Origin: Blepharisma stoltei ATCC 30299
Taxonomy: Eukaryota > Protista > Ciliophora
Length of the DNA stretch: 64,000 bases
Direction of reading: 5' to 3'
NCBI GenBank assembly: GCA_965603825.1
Contig: CBFDEM010000014.1
Location: 434,001 to 498,000 of the forward strand
Shown: in pieces, positions 49,434 to 61,768 of the stretch
Layout of the letters: each line of letters begins with the position of its first letter
Numbering within the stretch: position 1 is the stretch's first letter
Position numbers and translations under genes: made by a program
The notes under the pieces: model-generated
Told to the model about the DNA's origin: nothing
What the model saw: the letters and a program-made list of their open reading frames with translations, nothing else
Databases searched by the model: none

Positions 49434-51257
49434 TTACTTCTTCTTAGAAATAATAGCCTCACAGTCGTTGCACACTCTAACTGGAGTTTTTGTATATCCG
49501 AGTATTGGGATGAATTCCCGTTTAAGACTGCAGTTGTTGCAAATGACTAAACCACAGTTCCGGCAATGATGCTTTCTTATCAATAGCCAAAATCTCACTT
49601 GGCATTTCGGGCAGATTTCAGCAGTCTCGTCAGGAACCCATTTTGGCATCTTCACAAGTAGCCATTCAGCAGCTGATTTGCTTTGGATTTCTTTTGTCTC
49701 TTCCTTCAGTCTGTAGTGCAGGGTTAGCATTGAGGACCCTCACATGTCGTTTTGGACGTCTTTTAGGGTCATATATGGGCTTAATACGCGCCCTTTACAT
49801 AAAATCTACATTGTTCTTACATCAATCTCAATATTTTGTTGATCCAGTTTCCTTGTAACATAATGACCCACCCTTTGAATAGTCAGAGAACTCCTTGTTC
49901 TCAGTATATTGTTTGTAATAAGTCCAAGGACGGTGTCGCTAGGAAGCAATTGAAATCTGAAAATGTCTTCTCTAAGCTCAACTAAGACACCTTTAAATAT
50001 TTTTCTATCGTCTTCTGATAGTAATTTGCAGTTATGAAGCAATATATGCTCAAGATTTTTGCATGAGTTGCTGATGAAGTTTAACCCTTCTTTTGTTATA
50101 TAAGTGCCTGATAAATTTATCTTTTTCAAGCTATGGCAACCCTTAACAAGCAGTTCAATTCCTTTATCAACAACTGAATAGCAGCCAAGTAAACTCAAAT
50201 CTTCTAAGCGCCTGAGTTTTCTTAAATAAGCCACTCCTTGATCAGTAACACATCTGCATTCAGATAAAGATAGCCGAGTAAGCCCTCTGCCGCCTCCTTT
50301 TAAGTCCACAGGGAGAATTGTTCCATCAATCCCACTTATCTCAGAATCAATCGAGCTGAGCCTAATTTGTCTTGGGTTTGGAAACTTTTCAGTCAAGCAC
50401 ACCAGTGCATGGTCATCAACTCCATCACATCCATCAAGCAGTAATGTTTGAAGCCTGCATAAATCTTACGACAAAGGATTGCAATTTTGAGCAATTGCAA
50501 GAAGTGACTGCGCATCAATATATTGGCAGTATCTGAAATCTAAAGAAGTGAGCTGCCACGCCCTTTGGCAAATAGCTTTCAGCCTTTGTGAATCAAGAAT
50601 GAACTTATTCGGAAAAACAGAAAGTGTCCTTCACAAAATGGGCTGCAGTGAAATTTGGTTCCATCTCTTTGACACTCTCGCTACTTTGCTGAGGTCTTCC
50701 AAGTTCAAGTAGCCGAATATTTCAATAAAAAGAGCATCAGGCAGTGCATCCAAGTCAGATACATAGCCTTTATTAATATATTTTTCATGGATCTGGTTTC
50801 TATATAATAAATAAGTTTTATATTTTTTGAATTTCTGCTGTATAATAAGAGCTGCTTCAGCTTCCTTAAGCTCAATGTCAGGAACTTGTAAGAACTCTCT
50901 GATTAAGTATACCCATGGAGCTTTTGGATTAGAAGCGACGAAATAGTTGTGGATCTCAACAAGAGATTTGATGTAGTAGTTTAAGTCGATTTTTCGTTCT
51001 TTTATGGCAGCTTCTGATACACTGCTCATAAATACTTGTTGGCTGGGCAGTTTTGGGATCAAATCAAGAAGCTTCTTTTTGGAATTATATTCCGTATGTG
51101 AAAAATAGCACAAAACGCACTGAAATTTGTAAAAATCATTGAATCTTTTGGTAACAACAGTGCGTGAGAAATTGGTATAAACTTCGATTCCGTACAGAAC
51201 GAAAGGATTTTTGTTTGGCACGATGATATGTAAATTCAAGCTTGCAGAAATCTCCAT
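49434..51257 (-). CDS. PX - IQ - F-box - LRR - RAWUL/ubiquitin-like - FYVE multidomain protein
   Basis: Three ORFs fused by TGA=W (50631, 49740) and introns 50455-50469 and 49806-49820; PX KRFNDF..PKLP..ERK.DL..Y, IQ AALIIQQKFK, F-box LPDALFIEIFGYL..VSKRW, LRRs, FYVE WVPD..RKHHCRNCG..RVC. Confidence 0.85.
49806..49820 (-). other. 15-nt intron
   Basis: GTAAGAACAATGTAG. Confidence 0.85.
50455..50469 (-). other. 15-nt intron
   Basis: GTAAGATTTATGCAG. Confidence 0.85.
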
Positions 51258-51437
51258 TTTATAATTTATAAAGTGATTGCCTTTATTCATCCACGATTAG
51301 AGTGGATTATTGTTTTTCAGTAGTCATTATATTTATTTTTTAGATAGGAATTTGTTGAGCTGAATTTATTGATTTTTTTTTAATTTGACAATGATACCAA
51401 TACAGTCATAATTTAAAATTTATATAATTTGCAAACA

Positions 51438-52263
51438 ATGATAGCTAATGATAATGGAAGATCTTCACCAGATAAAGGCTTAGATGGAGAAACTAGAAGC
51501 ACTTTTTATGAAACTCCCAAGTATTGACGGGTGAAACAAATTTCTTCAAAATTAAACAATTATGAGGCTGACGCAAAAGCAGAAGTGGAATCTCAAAATG
51601 AAGCCTTAAATAAGCGTATTGAATCACTTCAAAATAAAATAACATCATTAAAAGCCTTAGAAGAGACCAAACTCGAGGTAATTTCGAATTCAGTCAGTAG
51701 AAGATAGCATTTCTGCTCTACAAGAATCGTTTCTCGATGAAGCCCAATCCCTTGAAGCCCTGAGCGAGAAAAAGACCAAAGAGTTAAAACTATCTGAAAA
51801 TAATCTGATTATCAGCATTACTGATGAAAAACAAGAAAGAAAACTCCATGAAATGAAAAGAAACAAAAACCTCGATGAAAAATTTGTCACGTTAAAAATC
51901 GATGTTTCCAATGAAATTAAGATGAGAGAAGAGTCAGAAGAGTACCTTATCACAGATTTCGAAACTGATATCATCAATTTAAACGAAAGTGTCAGCAACG
52001 AGTCAAAAATTAGAGATGACAGGTTTGAAGACTTGATCAGAATCATTGGAGATAATTTAAGCAGAGGCTATCAAGCTCTTGATGCTGAGAGGAATAGCAG
52101 AAAAGCTATCCATGAACTTTATAAAAAATTTGTAAACGAGCTTAAAGCAAAAATCGAAAGTCAAATTGCACAAGATCGAAGAGAAAGAGAACTGTTTGAA
52201 GAAAACTTAATAAGGGTGCTAGAGAATGCTTGCAGGAGCATGGAAACTGGAGTCAAATTATAA
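51438..52263 (+). CDS. SF-assemblin/beta-giardin-like striated fibre protein
   Basis: Short head plus coiled coil with periodic E...R; ends ERELFEENLIRVLENAC; one TGA=W; 16-nt intron 51678-51693. Confidence 0.72.
51678..51693 (+). other. 16-nt intron
   Basis: GTAATTTCGAATTCAG; removal restores frame. Confidence 0.8.
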
Positions 52264-52326
52264 GAATTATTTAATTTCCATCAATTAATTGCATATTCTA
52301 GACTAAATGGCATTTAGTTGTAAATT

Positions 52327-54852
52327 ATGGAGGTATCCTACACTCTTTTGCATGATGAGGCTGAGTGGCGAAAATCTCTAATAGAAGGAAATGTGCAATA
52401 TGAGCTATTCTTGAGCATTGGCGAAGACTCATTCGTAGGGAGTGTCTCAATCCAATTTTTTTTGAATTCGGCTCCTACAAAACTTTGGTTGGATTACTCA
52501 GGGAAATTTATTAATTCCATTGAAGTCAATGATTCTATTTGCCAATCAACTAGGTCTGATAATAAATTGTACCTCAAATGCCTCAAGCAAGGCCTGAACC
52601 AAATTCAAATATCATTTGAGTCTTACTACTCCACTAATGGAACAGGATTGCATAAGTTCACAGATCCTATGGATGGTCGGACTTACATATATTCATATAT
52701 GTGCCCATACTATGCCAATAAAGTGTTCCCTTGTTTTGATCAGCCTGACATCAAAGGGGAATTTACAATCACACTTGAAGCTAATGAAGACTTCAAGGTA
52801 TACTCCAACGTAATTATGAGATAGGAAGAAGTACGGTCCAGGTCAAGGGCTTATGGCAGAGCAAACCACATTTTCTGCCCAACAAAACCTATAAGCACTT
52901 ATATTGTCGCAATTATTTGTGGAGAATTCACAGGGAGGAAAGATGAGCTGGATCGGGGAATTTTTTGCCGTCAAAGTTTGTTTAATTTTATTCAATTTGA
53001 AGGGGTTTTTGGCTGGACTAGAGGAGGAATGAACTTTTATCAGGAGTTTTTTCAAAAAGAGTATGCATTCGGGAAATACGACCAAGTGTTTTGTCCTGAA
53101 TTCAACATGGGTGCCATGGAGTGTGCCGGATGTGTGGAAATTAATGATAATTATGTATGAAAAGAGCAAGCAGTAAAAAGCGAAGAGTTTTGGCTATATA
53201 ATACTGTTCTTCATGAAATGTGCCATATGTGGTTCGGGAATCTAGTCACACTGAAGTGGTGGGATGATTTATGGCTCAATGAAAGCTTTGCTACTTATTT
53301 CTCATTCTACGCAAATGAAGAAATCGCAGGCGGTGATTCATGGATATCATTTTTAGAAAATAAAGTAAGGGGTTATGCTGCTGATACTCTTAAATCAACT
53401 CATGCTGTCCGAGTACAAGTTACAGATACTCAAGAAGCCATCTCAAACTTAGATTCCATCACATATTGAAAAGGAGCTTCCCTCTTAAAGCAGCTCATTT
53501 TTACGATGGGCTTGGATGCGTTTAGACGAGGGATGGTGTCTTATTTCAATAAATACGAATTCCAGAACGTGACAGTTTATGATTTTGTTGATACTTTGCA
53601 AGACGAAACTGAATTTAACCTTAGAGATTGGACACAAGAATGGGTCTTAGAAGCTGGAATAAATTCTATAAGAATTGTAAATGCTATTTAGGAATGGGAA
53701 GTCGAAGATGGGATCATTTTAAATGCAACGGCTTATCAGAATATTACAAGTGGGACTATTTTGAGAAAGCACGTTTTACTTGTAGAAGGAATGAATGAAG
53801 AAGGAACTCTTTTTAAAGAAAAAATTAAAATTTCTAATGTAGAGCAACAAATTGTTTTAGAACTTATAGGGAAGCCAGCGCCTAAAGGCATTATTGTAAA
53901 CTCTGAAGACCACGCATATGTAGAAATCCTTATTGATTCGAAGTCTTTGGAATTTTTCTTTATAAACAGACAAATAAACTCAATCTCTCTTCTAAACCGA
54001 GGAGTGCTTTGGCTATCAATTTGGTCTCTAGTAGAAGAACAGCTACTTTCTTCCACAGTTTTCCTTGATCTTGTATCACAACTTTTGCCATCAGAGCCTT
54101 GCGACGAAATAGTTGACATAATTCTTGGAAACGCGCTGAAAGCAACATTTAATTATTTGCCTTATGAAATGATTTCCGCTCATAGTCAATCTTTGGTTCA
54201 AGCAATCAAAGAGAAATTGTCTAATAATGCAGCTGATAAAAATACACGTAAGCTTTATTTAGAACGAAAATTATTTGGATTTTTATTTTCAGACGACGAC
54301 ATCAGAGAAGCTTATCGATACTCTTTATCTCTGGCACGAGCTGAAACATGGAGAGGGATAATGTCGCTGGCTTCGATTATCCCTTATGAAGAAATCAAAG
54401 ATATACTTGCCCAAGAACTTAAATATGACACGACTGACAACTCACTCAAATTGAAATTATATTGTGATGGTGCTGCATTTGATAATAAAAAATTTTCTTG
54501 GGATCTGATTTTGAGTAGAGGTGAACTCTCATTGTCTCAATTGGAATTTCTGATGAAGGGATTTAACCAATTTAACCAAAAAGAAGTGCTAAAGGAATAT
54601 GCCCAGCAGTTTTTCGAATATTTACCATCTATTTTTAATTCTCAAGATAGAGAATATGCTGAAGCATTTTTCAGATATCTTCTACCTAGATATGAAAAGC
54701 CTGAAGTAAATATTGAAAAATTGCTAAAAATTAACTCGAACCAGAAATGAGTACAAAGAATATTAGATGAAACAATTGAATCGTTGAGAAAGGATAGCTC
54801 GTGCCAGATGGTTGTTAAGGCAATGCTTGATGAAAATAAAGAATCTTCTTAG
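52327..54852 (+). CDS. M1-family aminopeptidase N
   Basis: FPCFDQPDIK, KYDQVFCPEFNMGAMEC, HEMCHMWFGNLVT..WWDDLWLNESFA, ITYW(TGA)KGAS; introns 52810-52824 and 53677-53691; three TGA=W. Confidence 0.93.
52810..52824 (+). other. 15-nt intron
   Basis: GTAATTATGAGATAG. Confidence 0.87.
53677..53691 (+). other. 15-nt intron
   Basis: GTAAATGCTATTTAG. Confidence 0.87.
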
Positions 54853-55288
54853 ATACTAATATTTAATAAGTTAATATCTCTATAAGAAGCAGGAAGTTTA
54901 AATATAAAATATTAATATCATTTTTGCGAAGGCAATAAATTATAAGCATATAGTCAATGCTATTTTAATCATAAATTAGGAGATTTTGATCTTTGAGGCT
55001 CTATATTTACTTGGCTAATTTTAAAAAATATTTGAAATGTATTCAGAAGCCTAAAGTCATAAAATTGATAATTTCAATCTGTTTTCTGATCATTCTTTGC
55101 ATTTTTCTGGATATAAACCTAAAAAAACAGTTTATCCCTTTACTTGGCCTCCTCTAGATTTTTCCATTTTTAATTTTTATATCCCAATATCTACATTAAC
55201 CTCTAATACTCCATATTTAAATTTCAAATTCCAGATTTTTTATAAACTATAAAAATTGATATCCCAAAAGTGTTTATATAAAAATAAA

Positions 55289-57230
55289 ATGTCAAGCGAA
55301 GGACCATGTATTGGAATTGATCTTGGAACCACATACAGTTGTGTTGGTGTGTGGCAAAACGACCGTGTCGAGATCATAGCAAATGATCAAGGCAATCGGA
55401 CAACTCCCTCATACGTCGCATTCACTGAAAGCGAAAGACTAATTGGAGATGCAGCTAAAAACCAAGTTGCAAGAAACCCTGAAAATACAGTTTTTGACGC
55501 TAAAAGATTGATTGGAAGAAAATTCAACGAGCCAGTTGTACAAAGTGATATGCGACTTTGGCCTTTTAGAGTTATCTGTGGAGCTGATGAACGTCCTCAG
55601 ATTGTTGTACAATTCAAAGGCCAAGAAAAAAGATTTTACCCAGAAGAAATTTCTGCTATGGTACTCACAAAAATGAAAGAAACAGCTGAAGCTTATCTTG
55701 GGAGATCAGTAAAAAATGCTGTTGTCACTGTCCCTGCTTACTTCAATGACTCTCAAAGACAAGCTACCAAAGATGCAGGAACTATAGCAGGACTTGAAGT
55801 AAAGCGAATTATCAATGAGCCAACTGCAGCAGCTATTGCATATGGACTTGATAAAAAAGGCCAAGGCGAAACAAATATTCTTATATTTGATTTGGGTGGC
55901 GGGACATTCGATGTATCGTTACTTACTATTGATGACGGGATTTTTGAAGTAAAAGCAACGTCAGGAAACACCCACTTGGGAGGAGAAGATTTTGATAATC
56001 GAATGGTAGAATTTTGCGCTAATGATTTTAAGAAAAAAAAGGAGCTGACATAAGGTCAAATAATCGCGCTTTAAGAAGGCTTAGAACTGCTTGTGAAAGA
56101 GCTAAAAGAACGCTTTCATCAGCCACTCAAGCAAGCATTGAAATCGATTCTCTTGCAGAAGGCACTGATTATTTCACTACGATTACCAGAGCTAAATTTG
56201 AAGAATTGAATATGGACTACTTCAGAGGATGCCTTGAGCCAGTTGAACGCGTTTTGAGGGACTCTGGGCTGGCTAAGAGCCAAGTCCATGAAATTGTGCT
56301 CGTAGGTGGGTCTACAAGAATTCCAAAAGTGCAGCAAATAATTCAAGAATTTTTCAATGGAAAAGAACCATGCAGAAATATAAACCCAGACGAGGCTGTA
56401 GCGTATGGAGCTGCTGTACAAGGAGCAATACTTTCAGGAGAATCCTCAAGTCAAGTGCAAAGCGTAGTTTTATTAGATGTCACTCCTTTATCACTTGGAA
56501 TTGAAACGGCTGGAGGGGTTATGACAGTGCTTATTCCGAGAAACTCGACTATCCCAACTAAAAAGGCCCAAACTTTCACAACTTATGCAGATAATCAGCC
56601 TGGGGTTTGCATTCAGGTATTTGAAGGCGAAAGATCAATGACGAGAGATAACCATCTCCTTGGAAAATTCAACTTAGAAGGAATCCCGCCAGCACCCAGA
56701 GGAGTTCCACAAATTGAAGTGCCTTTGATATCGACGCAAATGGAATTCTAAATGTGTCAGCTCTCGATAAAGCTACTGGGAAAGCTAATAAAATTACTAT
56801 TACAAATGATAAAGGAAGACTCAGTAAAAATGACATTGAAAAAATGGTAATTGAAGCAGAAAGATATAAGAGAGAAGACGAAGAAGCCAAACAAAAAGCT
56901 GAAGCGAAAAACGGGCTAGAAAGCTATACCTACAATATGAGGAACACTTTGAATGATGAAAATTTGAAGGATAAAATTCAAGCAGGAGACAGACAAATTA
57001 TTGAGTCGAAAATTGATGAAGTTCAAAGATGGCTGGAGGCACATCAAAATGTAGAAACCAAAGAGTATGAAGCGAAGCAGAAGGAACTGGAAAATGTTTG
57101 CAATCCAATTATGATGAAGATCTACCAGAAAGGAGGAGTACCAAATATGAATGGAATGAATGGCACTCCAGGAGGACAGAAGAATGAAGGAAGCCAAGGA
57201 AGAGGGCCAACTGTTGAAGAAGTTGATTAA
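55289..57230 (+). CDS. HSP70: Cytosolic HSP70 interrupted by two 1-nt deletions (sequence error, young pseudogene or recoding)
   Basis: [43 protein letters not shown]; frame breaks at the A8 run 56033-56040 and at about 56722. Confidence 0.9.
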
Positions 57231-57394
57231 ATAATTAAATTGATTTAAGAATTGCCTTTTATTAATTAATTATTCATGGCTTGAAATAAAAATTGTATTT
57301 TTGATATATATAGATAAATAAATTAAATTATAAGCTAAAACTTATTATATTAGAATAAGTAATTAAACGTTATAAAAAATTATAAGAAAAATAA

Positions 57395-58210
57395 ATGAGT
57401 TATCCAAGCCCATATGAACTAGAAGCTGAATCATTAATTACTTTAGCATTTGAAAGTGAAAAGGTTGCTCGCATAGAAGAAATAAATTCCCATAAGCTCA
57501 GCCCAAGTGGCTCTTTTAATATCTCGTCATGAACTAATCAGCAGGCTCCGATTGATATGAGAATTACTATCAGATTAAAAGACTCCCCTTCTCCTCCAAT
57601 AATTGAAGAATTCCACTATACTCAATCGGTTTTCAATTACAAGCCTTCAATTGATGCTGAAAAACTTATTTCTCCATCAACCTCTAACAATGTTGGCATT
57701 ACTAAAGATATAAGTAATGAAAAAGTTACACAAATCAGGCACATTACCCCAACTCCAAAAAAGGCTGTTGAAAAAATAAAGCTGAACACTATAAGAATAG
57801 AAAACAATTGTTCTGCACCTAGAAAAAGCAACGCTCTTCCTACAAGCTATGCTGTCAATCATGTGCTTCATAGGAAAATGAAGTCTGATGCTGAGCGCGT
57901 AAAGGTAATTTAGACAACAAAGGTTTCTGATTGATGATCAAGTCCTTCAAGTCGGCAGTCACGAGCGCAAAAGAAAAGATTTGAACTGCCAGAAATACAC
58001 AAAACAGTCCCAAATTACAAAAATAGGAGAGAAAGCGCTTTGAATCTGCATGTTGTGACGTCTCCAGTAAGCATTGATAATGGAAAAAAGCATTTATTTA
58101 ACAATAACTATGTCAAACTTTCATCAAGAAGTCCAGGGCATGCTTTTTGGAATGCTTTAGACTCAAGATTAACTGATAAAATCTATATTACTCATAGAAG
58201 TGATTCATAA
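57395..58210 (+). CDS. Hypothetical S/P/K-rich protein
   Basis: ATG 57395 with one TGA=W; continues in the same frame for 95 codons past TAG 57911 if 57905-57922 is spliced. Confidence 0.6.
57905..57922 (+). other. Candidate 18-nt intron
   Basis: GTAATTTAGACAACAAAG; canonical donor, A at +10 and -6, open frame follows. Confidence 0.5.
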
Positions 58211-58250
58211 AATTAAACAATTCAAAACTCATTATTTATATATTTTTGAA

Positions 58251-59069
58251 TTATTTTTTCTTTCCTTGAGATTTTATGACTCTATTAATTATGATGCTTC
58301 CTTTTGGCTTTTCAGCAGCTTTAACTTCATTATCAGGCCCTGGTTTATGGTTTTCTATTGCTTTGTCTTTATGCTTTGTACTTTTTAATAGAACTGGCAA
58401 AATTTTCTCAGCGAAAATGATATCAAATTTTTCAGATTTGGTAAGAATTGGCTTATATACTCTTGTTTTTTCATTGGGTGATTTTTGAATTTCCTTTTTT
58501 TCTTTTTGAGGAATTTTTGATTTCTTTTCAGGAAGAGGGCGTATTGGAGAAACATCAGGTGTTTTTTGAAGGATTTTTAATGATGGAACTGGCTTAATAT
58601 CATTGCCTAGCTTTGAGATTTTTGAATTTTTTCCATTAGATTCTTTTAATGCTAAGCTCGATTCTGAGCCCGAAGTTGAGCTTTGAGAGTGTCTATTTTC
58701 AATATTAGTAGCCTTGGTTTTTTCTCTTTTAAGTATTGAACATAATGACTGATTTGCTGCTGAGGCCAGAGCAAGAATAGATTCATTATGTTCTAAGCTC
58801 ACCTCACTCCTTCTCTGAAATTTAGGTGACTGAAGCTTGCATTTCATAAAACTTTCGTTGAAAATGCAAGAGGCTGTGAGATTCAAAGTTGTCTCTTCTG
58901 AAAAAAATGCTGAGTCGTTGGCAGATGATTCTTGATTTTTTCCATAAGTTCTCATATGGGCTCTTTCCTCATTGAGATTTTTAAGGCGGATTGGCTTTCA
59001 TTTCTTACTAAAGCTTAAAGGAGAAGTGAGCGATAAGTCTACAGAAGAGCTGGATCGGTTAGACTCCAT
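58251..59069 (-). CDS. Hypothetical S/K-rich low-complexity protein
   Basis: 234-aa ORF extends through one TGA=W to ATG 59069. Confidence 0.7.
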
Positions 59070-59765
59070 TTCAGTTAATTTAAAAATATTAGATATTTAT
59101 GATTGGCGAAGAAGATTAAAGCGATTGCGTTATTTTAAAGTTAAGATGACAGTGAAGTTTTTTTACGAATAAGCAAACAGATTGAATGAAAGATTTAAAT
59201 CTTAGTATGGACATATTATGAGTTATTTTTGATCTTACTAAAACAAAATTTTACTATTATTATTGCAAACAATAAAACTGAGGATTTATAAAAATTGCTG
59301 ACAATCGCTTTTACTCATTCTCGCATTTAAATTGAAATTGAAATTGAAATACAATTAAATTCATCAAATATATTACTTTTCGCTTATCAAAGTATTTTTA
59401 TATTATTATTTGCAAGCTATAGACCACAAATCAGATAAAAAGGATTAATGTATCCGAAAAATAAATTATCGGCCTACAATTTACATAAATCGAGCCTAAA
59501 TGGATTAGTGCTTTATCAGTCCTTCATCCTGAATTAAATGGGCTTATTTTGATACGTTAAATACCTCATTACTTCCAAATATACTAACCAAGTTCGACAT
59601 TTTCATTTCCCTTCTGAATCAATAAAAAAAAGATTGAAAATTATATAAAGAAATTTCTATTATGTATCTAAACGCCCCAACCTAGGTAAATACCTTAACT
59701 TTTTACTAGATAGAATGACCCTATTTTAATGACACCCTAATGCAAAAATTATAGTGATATAAAAT

Positions 59766-60348
59766 ATGGCTCGTAGGATGCTGAAGCTGTATATTGATTG
59801 TCTTGATAAATATCCTGCATTAACAAAGTAAATTTTATATCAGAATGCTTACTGGAGTTTCTCTTGTCGGCGGAGGAGACATCATTGCTCAGAAAATTTT
59901 GGAAAGAAAAAGTGAAATCGACAAGAAAAGACTATTAAGCTTGTCCATGTACGGATTTTTCATTGCTGGAGGAGTGGGGCATTTATGATACCGAGGGTTA
60001 GACTATGTGATTGGGTCTCAGATGTCATTAATGACTGCTTTTAAAAAAATTCTCATCGATCAGGGGATATTCGCACCACTGGAAATCATATTTTTCTTTG
60101 GATGGACACATTATAGTAAGCATCAGCCTAATTCTCTTCAAGATAAGATCCAGGCTGATTTAAAAGACACATTGCTTGCAAACTATAAGTTGTGGATCCC
60201 TGGGCAATTTTTAAATTTTTACTTGATACCAGAAAAACATAGGGTCTTGTATTCCTGCGTTTTATGCGTCATTTGGTATTCTTTTATTTCAAATGTATCT
60301 CATACCGATTCAAACGAAAGAACAAAATTATACAAAGTTAAATCATAA
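59766..60348 (+). CDS. Mpv17/PMP22 family membrane protein
   Basis: Y..CLDKYPALTK, GDIIAQ, GHLW(TGA 59986)YRGLD, DQGIFAP, NYKLWIPGQFLNFYLIP; 16-nt intron 59828-59843. Confidence 0.9.
59828..59843 (+). other. 16-nt intron
   Basis: GTAAATTTTATATCAG. Confidence 0.87.
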
Positions 60349-60495
60349 AATAATTGAAAACTACAAATTTGGTCACTCATTTAGCAAATAAGCTTAATCT
60401 AATTATGTTTATCTTTCAGAAGAAAAATTAAGTTAGCATATTAATTTAGCCATTTATGTAAGGTTATTGCTGATTTCAATAAGGAATTTCAAAAT

Positions 60496-61299
60496 TTAAG
60501 ACACCAGGGCAATTGATTTTGTTACTTTTTTCTTAAAATCAAACTCCCATAATTCCTGCTCATTTACAATAAAATAAATACCGCTTTTAAGCTTTAAGCA
60601 ATATGAAAAAGAGTTGCATCCAATACAGCAGTCTTTCGACACATTCTGCCAATTATAAATATCTCCTAAACTGCTTTCAAATAAACCACCTTCTGTTTCA
60701 AGCACATAAACCCTATTATCTACTTTCATGAGTATTTTGTGAGTTCTGTGAAAGCCATACACTAGAGAATAGCTGTCAATCGCTGGATCATAGACACATA
60801 ATCATCGGTGTGATCTTCCAGCAACTAATATTTTCCCTTTGAACTCAATAGAATTGCAAAAATCTGAGAGTTTTGGAAGATTTGCTAAGCTTCTTCATTC
60901 ATTTGTTTTAAAATCGTATTTCGTCGCATATTTTGGAGAAACCACTTCGAAGCCTCCAAATGTGAATATTTCTTTGTTGAAGAATGTGCAATTAGTAATG
61001 TATACTGGAGCATTATGCGACATTAAAGAAGTTTTTCCTTCAGAATAATCAAAAACAAAAGAGATTCCTCAAACTTTTATCATTGACTTTATATATCCTA
61101 TGCAAAATAAGATATGGCTATCTATGGGTGATACGCAGGAAATTAAGAGGTTTGGCTCTAATACACGCTTTTCTGTTTTTATCCTTAAGTCTACGTTGTA
61201 TGAGTAAATCTTTTGGCCTCCTGGGTAATAAATATTAAGAGGCTCAATTCTATTTTCGTTTTCATCAAGACTTTGATTGTCAGAAAGGAGTGCGTCCAT
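60496..61299 (-). CDS. Kelch-like beta-propeller protein
   Basis: One frame via TGA=W at 61069, 60895 and 60802; IFTFGG..KYDFKTNEW..LANLP. Confidence 0.78.
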
Positions 61300-61768
61300 A
61301 TTTTATAATATGACTTCATAGATTATAACTTTGAACTTGGAATGGATACCAATGTTTTTAAAAATCATTCTAAAAGTTATCACATTCTAACTTTTCAAAA
61401 GATGCTTAAGAGTTAATAGTTTGTCATTGAGTTATAATTGATTGAAATTGTATGGCATTGGTACCGTAAGGATCAATCAGTATTTATAAAGAAATAATAT
61501 GTTAAAATACATAGCAATAATTCAGTTTTAATTCAGGGCAGCATCAATTAGCCAAATAAAATAATAATATTAATACATTATAATGATAAATCTAAAAAAA
61601 AATTTTAAAGCGATTTATGACTGATCTTACTCTTTTAATTTTTAAATTAAAAAATATTGCGGGATTATTTGCTATGATATAAATAATCTAATTACTTAAT
61701 AACTGTTAAGTTGCTGCATCAATTTTTAAAGACGCAATTCAATTGTTACCTCTATACCTCAATTTATC

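Noticed and set aside
59328-59350. (AAATTG)n short tandem repeat
   Set aside because: Only about 3.5 units in AT-rich DNA and not the C4A2-type telomere repeat.
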